From Hormoscilla sp. (lineage in GTDB: Bacteria > Cyanobacteriota > Cyanobacteriia > Cyanobacteriales > Desertifilaceae): DNA of 29,004 nucleotides. How positions within the stretch are numbered: position 1 is the stretch's first letter; each line of letters opens with the position of its first letter. Both the position numbers and the translations under genes were made by a program. The notes below the pieces were generated by a model, which did no database searches, had not been told where the DNA came from, and saw nothing but the letters and a program-made list of their open reading frames with translations. Shown piece after piece: positions 9,501 to 16,438 of the stretch. The stretch is from assembly GCA_051439505.1 (NCBI GenBank), contig JBFRWI010000063.1, forward strand, positions 1 to 29,004, read 5' to 3'.

Positions 9501-9797
9501 CACCAGTGCCAATAGTACCGCCAATAGGAGCATATGTTGGAATAGCTGGGGGCGAGGGCGGGAGTCTACTATTTGCGAGAACCCAGTGTAGATTGGAATT
9601 GAGAGTAATCCCATCATTATGTAAGACTGGGGCAGTTTTTCTGGTCCGGCGTTGCTCAAAAACAGAGCATTAGCTGTCGAGTAGCCCAGCACTTTCAACG
9701 CCATCACAGAGGCCCCCATCAACAGCAATTTTGCAAGCAGGCGTAGCTTGCTATTAGAAAGACCGAAACGTTGCTTTATTCTTAACGTTAGTTCCAA
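6531..9797 (-). CDS. NTT/TLC-like MFS membrane domain + HEAT repeats + C-terminal cyclic-nucleotide-binding domain protein
   Basis: The first ~410 aa hold ~12 hydrophobic helices (ANALFLSNAGPEKLP). HEAT repeats follow (LVRATALHLLG, AVRLQAAQALA), then a cNMP-domain signature (FLKTIPLLESLS...LYIVYKG...GQHWGETGLF). The TTG start is uncertain. Confidence 0.85.
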   Translation of the reverse strand: MELTLRIKQRFGLSNSKLRLLAKLLLMGASVMALKVLGYSTANALFLSNAGPEKLPQSYIMMGLLSIPIYTGFSQIVDSRPRPQLFQHMLLLAVLLALVLRIMVSWNALPVYYTIFIVFYFQWTLLDILFNSLVSDYFTSLEYKRCVPLLAMAQGVGGLLGAGLTALLSGYLTTENMLLSVPVLDAVLIGQLVYLQRTEKPLKVTKPKAKTGLIAELKSFPALVKQTPIVFFISASTLLVMLIYSMAEFQYLSMYSRVFPDAQKLAAFLGQMWGVNNILQLAVLGLCTQPLLWRLGVTRMNLAYPMTTFISFLGLALNFGLPTAIFANINNDSLSKSINRPIHTLNYNAVPHDYVGRVRVLGDGLFYSIGVAVAGLFLWTCQGRLTQNQMTLIGIGLIGVFLVVRYKQGKSYVTSLLALLNSDSVKLSDVSVGLTKLPSNYSSQVRKLLNSSEVNAQINGLELAARLEEPRIVLWEVDRFLVADVDRTIIPAVVKFLTSSSHPNITRYLGSLLASDNYQLQLIALEALIASKQSVTNAEIRHLLRKTPFKAITQILESQRQPLIYVEINQKLKQTPLKAMASILEPEKQLLSAAEISSLVAAASEVQAVACVAASQAEIRDPEIVAACDRIWQSQLSNSTREVVIRSIHSSGNRALIPLLEKVLIDAPAEVKRSGLEALTELARPGDLGLAELAVAELGHADSLVRATALHLLGVVRSPTVLNQVAASLEHPNLAVRLQAAQALANYGTISLPLVQPLLYSPRQEVVEAAVAAVAKVGSRSSRKILYSYLKSDYRLVPRTLNWIEVLPDDDLRWQAFKIAIADYHARLIQRVMHVLASLDREGTLSYVREVLDSKDPVKRADALETLASMRNRRFVLPIIPLLERTDGEQERPINTSNGAIGVMLEEALESGDRWIQIVALLANTNQPVPEYLRAHQDALMQAAVAYLTTPLPDRQPQEDFFLYQVLFLKTIPLLESLSFDELLQVQEALKLQECAANEQICAAETPGSQLYIVYKGSFSLVEPDASGEAEPQQLIVGQHWGETGLFGDYPLPATMIADSDDCKLLTLPRENFQEIVNLCPRLLKCLF

Positions 9798-10060
9798 AAT
9801 TACAACTCCAACTCAATCTCAACTATGGTGTTTGTAAATATCTGGTAGATGAAATAAATTTTCTCCTGAGTAGTCCCGATTGCTACGGACCAGATCCGGT
9901 ATCTTGGGTACCAGTTCTGGCTCTGGATGCATTTTAGCAGGTTCTGTCTTTTCCGCAAATTGGTCGAGGCGAAATGATGGGTAGGGGGGGGAAAGTCAAG
10001 CCCAATCAGCACTTGATATAAATGAGGGGTATGACCCCCCATTTATGACCCCATAGCATC

Positions 10061-10801
10061 CTAAAAGGGTAGGTCATCCAAATCGGCATCTGTCCAATCC
10101 GATTTTTCCGGAACGGTATGGGCCCGATCGTCCCTATGGGGTAATTCTATCACGGCAGCGATCAACTTCCAGCAGGGGTCACCCCCCTCCCAATCATCGG
10201 GTCGCCAGGGCATACTCAGACTAACGGTCACTAAGCAGGGCTGTTCTGGACGATAGCCCAACTCCAAACGTCTGGTAAATATGGGGTCGGTAATGGTTGC
10301 GGTGAGTCTTTTTCCTTTATCTGTCACCAAGTCACCTACCCATTTCTCACTCCCTGCAAATCGCTCACCTTTAGCCCTGACTGATAATTTTACTGCTTTC
10401 ACCAGTTGGAGGGTGATTCTCCGTTCTACTGGTAAGGACTGCAACCAATCTACGGTAACATAGCGATGGTCATTGTGGAGAATATCTGGGTCTTGGCTGC
10501 AATATTGACTGGCCTCTTGGGGAGTCACATGTCCGATTTTCCGCCATTTCCCGGGCAAGATGTCTTGATTTTCACTTTCAAAGCCAAAGTCTTCTCCTGT
10601 TTCGGCCAGGGGGATTTCCAGCAGGTCTAATAATGCTGGTTCTCTCCTGTTTATCTGGCGCATTTCTTTGGGAACGCGACCGTCAGGTAAACTGGAAGTT
10701 GGCCGCACCCATTTGCCAGTCTGGGGATTGATGCCGGCAATGCATCTATCTCCATGTTTCCATGAATTTGCCAAACAGATTATCCTGGTTAAAGATGACA
10801 T
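10061..10801 (-). CDS. Dual OB-fold domain protein with SSB-like acidic C-terminal tail
   Basis: RIICLANSWKHGDRCIAG...GKWVRP N-terminus and VTVSLSMPW...CWKLIAAV C-terminus, as I recall for the dual-OB family found beside DUF488 genes. Ends DWTDADLDDLPF. The start overlaps the upstream gene by 13 nt. Confidence 0.75.
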   Translation of the reverse strand: MSSLTRIICLANSWKHGDRCIAGINPQTGKWVRPTSSLPDGRVPKEMRQINRREPALLDLLEIPLAETGEDFGFESENQDILPGKWRKIGHVTPQEASQYCSQDPDILHNDHRYVTVDWLQSLPVERRITLQLVKAVKLSVRAKGERFAGSEKWVGDLVTDKGKRLTATITDPIFTRRLELGYRPEQPCLVTVSLSMPWRPDDWEGGDPCWKLIAAVIELPHRDDRAHTVPEKSDWTDADLDDLPF

Positions 10802-11235
10802 ATGTTAAGATTCCCCCATTTTTGGTGCAAGTATTCTGCTACTAAGCGGCGATGACAGTGATGGGGTTTGGCTTCGCTGCACAGCAAGCAACTGCTTTCT
10901 ACTATCTCGGGAGAGATTTTATCTTCTATTTTCCGGGACTCCATTAACTCTAAAAATCTTTGCTCGTAGGTTTCCCAATCACCTCCTTTTTTCTTATATT
11001 CATCTAGCATCTCCTTGGTGGGGGCTAAGTCGATCGCGTGCTGGTACTCGATCTTACAGATGGTTTTGAGGAAATACTCTAGGTCTTTGCGCTTGGCAAA
11101 TCCGGCTAGTTGGGAAACGTTATTCAATCTGGTGTCTATTACTCGTTTCACCCCAGACTTGCTCAGGCTTTCAAAAAATTCTTGAGCTGTCTTCTTGGTA
11201 AAACCAATGGTGTATAGGTTAATGGCATCAGTCAT
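10789..11235 (-). CDS. DUF488 family protein (short type)
   Basis: Motifs LYTIGF, VIDTRLNNVSQLAGFAK, LAPT and LLCSEAKPHHCHRRLVAEYL (CxE-x4-CHR). Confidence 0.92.
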   Translation of the reverse strand: MTDAINLYTIGFTKKTAQEFFESLSKSGVKRVIDTRLNNVSQLAGFAKRKDLEYFLKTICKIEYQHAIDLAPTKEMLDEYKKKGGDWETYEQRFLELMESRKIEDKISPEIVESSCLLCSEAKPHHCHRRLVAEYLHQKWGNLNICHL

Positions 11236-11869
11236 GGGTTTTCTCCACGTAGGCTATGCGATCGCCCTGTTGATGGTAAGCTAATTTCAGCCTCTGGGAA
11301 CGGGGACGATCGTCTTTTTGGGGCTGTTCAAAGAGGGACAGTTGCTGGGGTTTATTCACCGTAGCATCATCTAAACTGTGGGCTGCTAACAACCGAGTTT
11401 CCAGCTGCTGATGGGATTCCAATTGGCCATCTTTCAGGATATGATTGATGTCCAAGTCATATTCTCGTAGATGCTGGCAAACCAGAATGGCCCGATGGCA
11501 GGTCATGGGGTCTTTCTCCGCACACATGAGGGCGATTCTATAATTTTGCACTCCTTTGATCAGGCGCTGAATTCCTCGGCTAAAGTCGGGGGTGGCGGCG
11601 ATGCGATCGTATAAAGCTTTACCATCTAGGTAACAGTCGGGGTTGTCAGGTCTGGCCCCTAACTCTTGACCCAGAAAGACATAACCAATGTCGGCCTGCT
11701 TCAGAGATGCTTCTAAGGGAGACTTGTTAAAATGGGAGAGATGGCGGCTGTAAGGATGCGATCGCACGTCAGCCAAGGCAGTAATGCGATGTTGTTGCAG
11801 CAAAGCCAGGAAAGCATCCAGGCTATGATTAGAGTGACCGATGGTAAAAATGTGATTAGGGTTACTCAT
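11228..11869 (-). CDS. DUF488 family protein (long type) with QLSLF motif
   Basis: Motifs IFTIGHSNH, DVRSHPYS, LGQELGARP and LMCAEKDPMTCHRAIL. The true start is probably ATG 11869 (MSNPNH), which overlaps the HxlR stop (ATGAGTAA). Confidence 0.92.
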   Translation of the reverse strand: MSNPNHIFTIGHSNHSLDAFLALLQQHRITALADVRSHPYSRHLSHFNKSPLEASLKQADIGYVFLGQELGARPDNPDCYLDGKALYDRIAATPDFSRGIQRLIKGVQNYRIALMCAEKDPMTCHRAILVCQHLREYDLDINHILKDGQLESHQQLETRLLAAHSLDDATVNKPQQLSLFEQPQKDDRPRSQRLKLAYHQQGDRIAYVEKTHD

Positions 11870-12200
11870 TTCTGGCCTCCAAATAATATACTCCCCAATC
11901 ATGCATGGCATCAATAATGGGTTTAAGGGTTTGGCCCAAAGGAGTCAGGGAATATTCCACCTTGGGGGGGACTTGCGGATAGACTTCTCGATGGATAATA
12001 GCATCTTGTTCGAGTTCCCGCAACTGCTGGGTAAGCATTTTCTGGGTAATGCCAGTCAAGGCCCGATGCAGTTGGCCAAAGCGCTTAACGCCGTCGAACA
12101 GTTCCCGCAGGATCAAGACTTTCCAGCGTCCGCCAAAGACTCTGATGGTGGTTTCCACCGCACAGGTGAGGCGAGAATGAGGTTGGGTCTTGGCTTCCAT
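11862..12200 (-). CDS. HxlR/DUF24-family winged-helix transcriptional regulator
   Basis: TCAVETT, GGRWKVLIL, RFGQL, ITQKMLTQQLRELE and REVYPQVPPKVEYSLT. The conserved N-terminal Cys is present. Confidence 0.96.
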   Translation of the reverse strand: MEAKTQPHSRLTCAVETTIRVFGGRWKVLILRELFDGVKRFGQLHRALTGITQKMLTQQLRELEQDAIIHREVYPQVPPKVEYSLTPLGQTLKPIIDAMHDWGVYYLEARNE

Positions 12201-12319
12201 AGTAACTTTTTGGGTAGTATCCCACTAGAATGTGCCTTCTTTACAGTTGTACTGTACCTGATTTACAGTTTAGATATACTGCGAATGGTCAGGAACTGCG
12301 CTTCTAAGAGCAGCCAATA

Positions 12320-12481
12320 TGTCATTGCGAGGGGGGATCATAATTGAGAGATCCTTTTAAGTTAAGAGTAACACCCCCCGAAGCAATCTCCTACCCCGCA
12401 GGACCAGCGGAGATTGCTTCGGGGGGTCAGACTGCTGTGCTGACTAGAGTTACTGCTTTGAGATCCCCCCTCGCAATGACA
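12320..12481. repeat. Dispersed nested-palindrome element, copy 1 (TGTCATTGCGAGGGGGG...GAAGCAATC...GATTGCTTC...CCCCCCTCGCAATGACA)
   Basis: Outer 20-bp and inner ~17-bp inverted repeats. A second copy lies at 21836-22022. Confidence 0.9.
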
Positions 12482-12553
12482 CCAACAAGTCTCTTTCGCG
12501 CAAGTCGCTCCCTTTCAAAGTATAGTAAGAAGTATCGTAGCAGGTGAAATCAG

Positions 12554-13279
12554 ATGAGTAACGTAACCCTGAATCAGAAGCATCTAGCCATCCGCAAAGC
12601 CGAAGAACGGGGACATGCCAATCACGGTTGGCTCAATACCTATCATACTTTCTCCTTTGCTAACTATTACGACCCCAGGCACATGGGATTTCGCCATCTG
12701 CTGGTCATCAATGAAGACCGAGTCAAGGGTGGCAGGGGGTTTGGTGCCCACGGTCACAGAGACATGGAAATCATCTCCTACGTCCTAGAAGGTGGCCTGG
12801 AACACAAGGATAGCATGGGAGAAGTTTCGGTGATTAAGCCCGGTGACGTGCAGATCATGAGTGCCGGTACGGGGGTTATGCACAGCGAGTACAACAATTC
12901 TGACAAGGACTTGGTGCATTTTTTGCAAATCTGGGTTCTCCCTAACGAAAAAGGATTGCGCCCCACCTACGACCAGAAGTTTTATCCAGAGTCGGAAAAA
13001 CTCAATCAGCTGCGCCCGATCGCTTCTACCGATGGACGGGACGGTTCTGCGATCATCCATCAAGATGTGAATATCTATGCTTCTGTGCTGGAGGCGGGCC
13101 GGGAAATTGTCTATCAGGGGAAACCCGATCGCCATGTGTGGGTGCAGCTGGCCCGGGGTAAGATGATGCTGGATGATGATTTGCTAGAAGCTGGCGACGG
13201 TGCGGCGGTGAGTGCGGCAGATTCTCTGCAACTTGTGGGTAAGGAAAAGGCGGAATTCCTGCTTTTTGACCTCGCTTGA
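12554..13279 (+). CDS. Pirin family protein (YhhW-like, bicupin)
   Basis: RGHANHGWL, HTFSFANYYDP, HGHRDMEIISYV, MSAGTGVMHSE and LQIW. The metal ligands H, H, H, E are intact. Confidence 0.96.
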   Translation: MSNVTLNQKHLAIRKAEERGHANHGWLNTYHTFSFANYYDPRHMGFRHLLVINEDRVKGGRGFGAHGHRDMEIISYVLEGGLEHKDSMGEVSVIKPGDVQIMSAGTGVMHSEYNNSDKDLVHFLQIWVLPNEKGLRPTYDQKFYPESEKLNQLRPIASTDGRDGSAIIHQDVNIYASVLEAGREIVYQGKPDRHVWVQLARGKMMLDDDLLEAGDGAAVSAADSLQLVGKEKAEFLLFDLA

Positions 13280-13291
13280 TCTTTCTTGCTT

Positions 13292-13517
13292 TCCCGATCG
13301 CCCGCCGGGGGTTTTGAGAGATATTGCATCTGTCCCGATCGCCCGCCGGGGGTGTTGAGAGATCTTGCATCTGTCCCGATCGCCCGCCGGGGGTGTTGAG
13401 AGATCTTGCATCTGTCCCGATCGCCCGCCGGGGGTGTTGAGAGATATTGCATCTGTCCCGATCGCCCGCCGGAGGTGTTGAGAGATATTGCATCTGTCCC
13501 GTTAGCCCGCCGGGGGT
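13292..13517. repeat. 41-bp tandem repeat x5.5 (TCCCGATCGCCCGCCGGGGGTGTTGAGAGATCTTGCATCTG)
   Basis: Units start at 13292, 13333, 13374, 13415 and 13456, with a partial unit at 13497. They differ by only 1-2 substitutions and have no spacers. Confidence 0.96.
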
Positions 13518-13560
13518 TCAAACCCCCGGCTAATAGCTAAAGTCGGTTGAAAACCGACTA
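13504..13560 (+). repeat. Dispersed double-hairpin element, copy 1
   Basis: GCCGGGGGTTCAAACCCCCGGC followed by AGTCGGTTGAAAACCGACT. A near-identical inverted copy lies at 20300-20355. Confidence 0.88.
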
Positions 13561-13616
13561 CAAACATTATTTGTTAAGTCCCGATCGCCCGGGGTCGCCA
13601 ACCATTCGCGTAGGCC

Positions 13617-13649
13617 AGAAACCAGGTTTTTCGGAAAAACCTGGTTTCT
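13617..13649. repeat. Palindrome AGAAACCAGGTTTTTC-G-GAAAAACCTGGTTTCT
   Basis: Perfect 16-bp arms. Resembles common oscillatorian intergenic palindromes and may act as a terminator. Confidence 0.75.
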
Positions 13650-13779
13650 TAAATTATCATCATGCGATCGCCCTTTCGATCGCATGTATGGGCCGAGCGC
13701 ATGGGGCCAGGGCACGGCGCGAGAAAATTGACTTATTTTCGGTGAGAATTAACTGATTGCCCCTACATTGTGTGACGGT

Positions 13780-14012
13780 TTATGGGGCGATCGCTTTGTC
13801 GATATTGCTTAGTAATTCGTAAACTTCTCCCAGAGCAATGTTGCTCCTCTCATCATCGGGGGTTCAGTTGGAGCGCCTGTAAGAAACTTTCCTCCGCCTC
13901 TCCCTGCTGATAATTTGCTGTCCTTCTGAGGTCAGTGCGCCGGAGCTGTCTGATAAAGCGCGATCGCCCGCTCTAACTCAGATAGCTTTGTCCCCTCTTG
14001 AGATATTGTCAT
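13780..14012 (-). pseudogene. Decayed tetratricopeptide-repeat (TPR) gene fragment
   Basis: Manual translation gives MTISQEGTKLSELERAIALYQTA... / NYQQGEAEESFLQALQLNP / (frameshift in a C5 run) DDERSNIALGEVYELLSNIDKAIAP*, which fits the TPR consensus. Not in the ORF track. Confidence 0.65.
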
Positions 14013-14402
14013 TGCGTTACACTCTGGTTCTCAGTTCTGATGGTGAAATTACTTCCCATCAATCTTACTATAATAGAAGACGTGACTCCCCACCAGCAAG
14101 TCTCGATCGCAAATACATTCCTACCCTCCGCACAGTCCCCTCGATCGGGCACCTGTTGTTCTGGCCGTCCCATAAGCAACCGGTCTGAGTCAATGGTCTC
14201 ACCTTTACATAATTTGAGGATTTTGTGTTAGATTTACTCCCATACATTTCTACCCCAAAGCTTATTAAAATTCTTGATTTTTTCGCCAATTTAAGCTATA
14301 TTATAAATAGGGTTATTGGCATTAGTTACCAAATCATATAGAGTATAACAATCAGCCAGTAACCCATAGTCCTTAGTTAATTTATCGTGGTAAAATTTGC
14401 AT

Positions 14403-15179
14403 ATGGCTAGCACTAATACTGGGATCGAATGGACGGACAGAACCTGGAACCCGACGACTGGTTGTGATAAGGTCAGTCCGGGTTGTACGCACTGCTATGC
14501 AGAAGCACTCACCAAACGGTTCCATACAAATTTCCCGAATAAGTTTGCCTTGACAGTCTATGAAGACCGTTTGGCACAACCAAAGCGGTGGCGCAAACCC
14601 AGTCGAATATTTGTTAACTCGATGAGTGACCTCTTCCACGAAGAAGTGCCTGTGGAGTTCCTGAAGAAAGTTTTTGAGGTAATGGGTGAAACACCTTGGC
14701 ATATATATCAAATTCTTACCAAACGGCACGATCGCCTGCTTGAGTTAGCTTTGAAAATAGATTGGCCTGAAAATGTTTGGATGGGGGTGTCTGTGGAGAA
14801 TCAAAACTACATTCACCGCGTTGACTGTCTGCGGCAAGTTCCCTCTGCGGTGCGCTTTCTTTCATGCGAACCTCTCTTAGGTCCTTTGCAACTGGATCTA
14901 ACGGGAATTGACTGGGTGATTGTTGGTGGCGAGTCGGGACCAAAATACCGTCCGATGCAAATAGAGTGGGCCCAGAGTATCCGCGATCGATGTCAGGATG
15001 CTGGGGTAGCATTTTTCTTCAAGCAGGTTGGCGGTATCACCCCGAAGGCTGGAGGGCGGCTTTTGGATGGGCAAATTTGGGACCAAATGCCAGCCGCCTG
15101 GGAACAGCATCGGAAACAATGGAAAAAGTATCGAGCAAAACCTAACCGAAAACCAATAAATAGAGGTGCTACTGCTTAG
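14403..15179 (+). CDS. DUF5131 / phage Gp37-Gp68 family protein (three-Cys, radical-SAM-like)
   Basis: IEWTDRTWNPTTGCDKVSPGCTHCYA (Cx6Cx2C), FVNSMSDLFH, ILTKR, WMGVSVE, FLSCEPLLG, WVIVGGESG and FFFKQ. ATG at 14403. Confidence 0.95.
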   Translation: MASTNTGIEWTDRTWNPTTGCDKVSPGCTHCYAEALTKRFHTNFPNKFALTVYEDRLAQPKRWRKPSRIFVNSMSDLFHEEVPVEFLKKVFEVMGETPWHIYQILTKRHDRLLELALKIDWPENVWMGVSVENQNYIHRVDCLRQVPSAVRFLSCEPLLGPLQLDLTGIDWVIVGGESGPKYRPMQIEWAQSIRDRCQDAGVAFFFKQVGGITPKAGGRLLDGQIWDQMPAAWEQHRKQWKKYRAKPNRKPINRGATA

Positions 15180-16290
15180 GTGGGAATGTAACTTTCACGC
15201 TGTCTGCAAATGTGAGTTTTCCTTTGTTTTTGCGTCGTTGGCTAGCAGGCGGATCGGCTATTATTTTGCCTTCCTCCTCTAGCTTGCGGAGAGCATCCTT
15301 GTAGTTTTTATCGGTATAGGGCGTACCAACGTGGTGCTCGTTATGAACCTCGATCATAGTCATGGTTCTACCTGCAAATTTATCGAGCAACATATCTTCA
15401 AGTTCGTCAAGTGGTTTAGGGTCAAACAGTGAAAGCTGAATAGGTACGGGATTGTATTCAAAAGACGGTACCCCCTGAGAGAAAATAGAGCTTTTTTGAG
15501 CCATGATATCTTTCATGATTGAGTGACCGAGCTGATTCTTGGAGACAAAAATCAAATAATGGCTAGTGCGGCTACCGCTAGCATTTTTGAACTTAAACTC
15601 CTGAACGTGCGACCCACCTACTTCGTTCAAACCCTGACAAATAGCTTCTACAATAGTTGACTCTCGTTCTTTCGGTTGCATGGGTTTAATTTTTTCTCGA
15701 AGGGTATCTGCTCGCTCCTTGCCAAACAAAGAATCCATGCGCTTCTCTACGACTGGGTTATTCAATGCCATATTGCTCCGGTTGTAGTTGAATAAAAATA
15801 TACAATCACAACCCCAACCCTTGATTAATGTTCCGAGCAGACTTAGTGACAAACCCTTGTAACCCCAAAGATCTACAAAAGATAGTGTAGGATATAACTT
15901 TACTTTCTCCAATTCCCCGGCAAGTTCCTCTCCCACTTCTCTGTTGAGAATCATTGGTCTGTGTCTTAAACTGTCTATATCGGGTAGGGAGTTGATGGCT
16001 TGCTGAAGCGACTGAGTGTTCTGCGAGTCTACGTCTTTAAAGATGGTTACTAACATCTCTCGCATATTGGGATTGGCAATAGCACGCTTCAAAATCAGTA
16101 ATGGTGTAGACTGAGAACCATCTTCATAAATACCAGGACCAGAACACAGATCGATATAGGCGATGTTTGTCCGTTTTTTCTTTGCACGCGGTATAATCAC
16201 CTTTGCCCAAGCCCAAAAGTATTTAGCGACTATTTCGGCTTTGACGCGGGACTGTTCTGTAGGCTTCTCGAAAAAAGAATTGTCGGTCAT
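15169..16290 (-). CDS. tcmP: Three-Cys-motif partner protein TcmP (SAM-methyltransferase-like fold + C-terminal winged helix)
   Basis: SRVKAEIVAKYF, YIDLCSGPG (SAM motif I-like), FVDLWGY, YLIFVSKN and C-terminal NYKDALRKLEEEGKI. Convergent with and overlapping DUF5131, its usual partner. Confidence 0.9.
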   Translation of the reverse strand: MTDNSFFEKPTEQSRVKAEIVAKYFWAWAKVIIPRAKKKRTNIAYIDLCSGPGIYEDGSQSTPLLILKRAIANPNMREMLVTIFKDVDSQNTQSLQQAINSLPDIDSLRHRPMILNREVGEELAGELEKVKLYPTLSFVDLWGYKGLSLSLLGTLIKGWGCDCIFLFNYNRSNMALNNPVVEKRMDSLFGKERADTLREKIKPMQPKERESTIVEAICQGLNEVGGSHVQEFKFKNASGSRTSHYLIFVSKNQLGHSIMKDIMAQKSSIFSQGVPSFEYNPVPIQLSLFDPKPLDELEDMLLDKFAGRTMTMIEVHNEHHVGTPYTDKNYKDALRKLEEEGKIIADPPASQRRKNKGKLTFADSVKVTFPPKQ

Positions 16291-16356
16291 GACCTCTCTT
16301 ATCCTCCACAGTTGGTATGAACTTACTCTGAGAATATCTTTGACAAGTTAGCCGTT

Positions 16357-16433
16357 GTGGTGGGTTACGGCGCAAAAATCATAATTGATCTCCCTCGCGC
16401 CTGCCAGATGATTCTGCGCCTAACCCACCCTAC
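16357..16433. repeat. REP-like inverted pair (GGTGGGTTAcGGCGCA...TGCGCCTAACCCACCCTAC)
   Basis: Imperfect 15-16-bp inverted arms with a GTAG foot on the minus strand, immediately after the oxoprolinase stop. Confidence 0.7.
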
Positions 16434-16438
16434 TACTC

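Noticed and set aside
11870..11914. Upstream start for the long DUF488
   Set aside because: It lies inside hxlR. ATG 11869 gives a typical coupled start just before the TIGHS motif.
12199..12220. HxlR operator (ATAGTAAC-TTTTTGG-GTAGTAT)
   Set aside because: The position at the hxlR start is plausible, but the inverted repeat is too imperfect to call without comparative data.
13292..13517. Possible CRISPR array
   Set aside because: The 41-bp units are contiguous and near-identical with no unique spacers, and there are no cas genes in the window.
12344..13756. Short ORFs 12344..12547, 13053..13493, 13114..13521, 13530..13715, 13547..13756 and other antisense or nested ORFs in the track
   Set aside because: They are translations of repeats or shadows of well-supported genes, with no independent coding signal.
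14403..15179. Prophage (because of the Gp37/Gp68 family name)
   Set aside because: No integrase, structural or replication phage genes are present. The family is common in chromosomal TcmP pairs.
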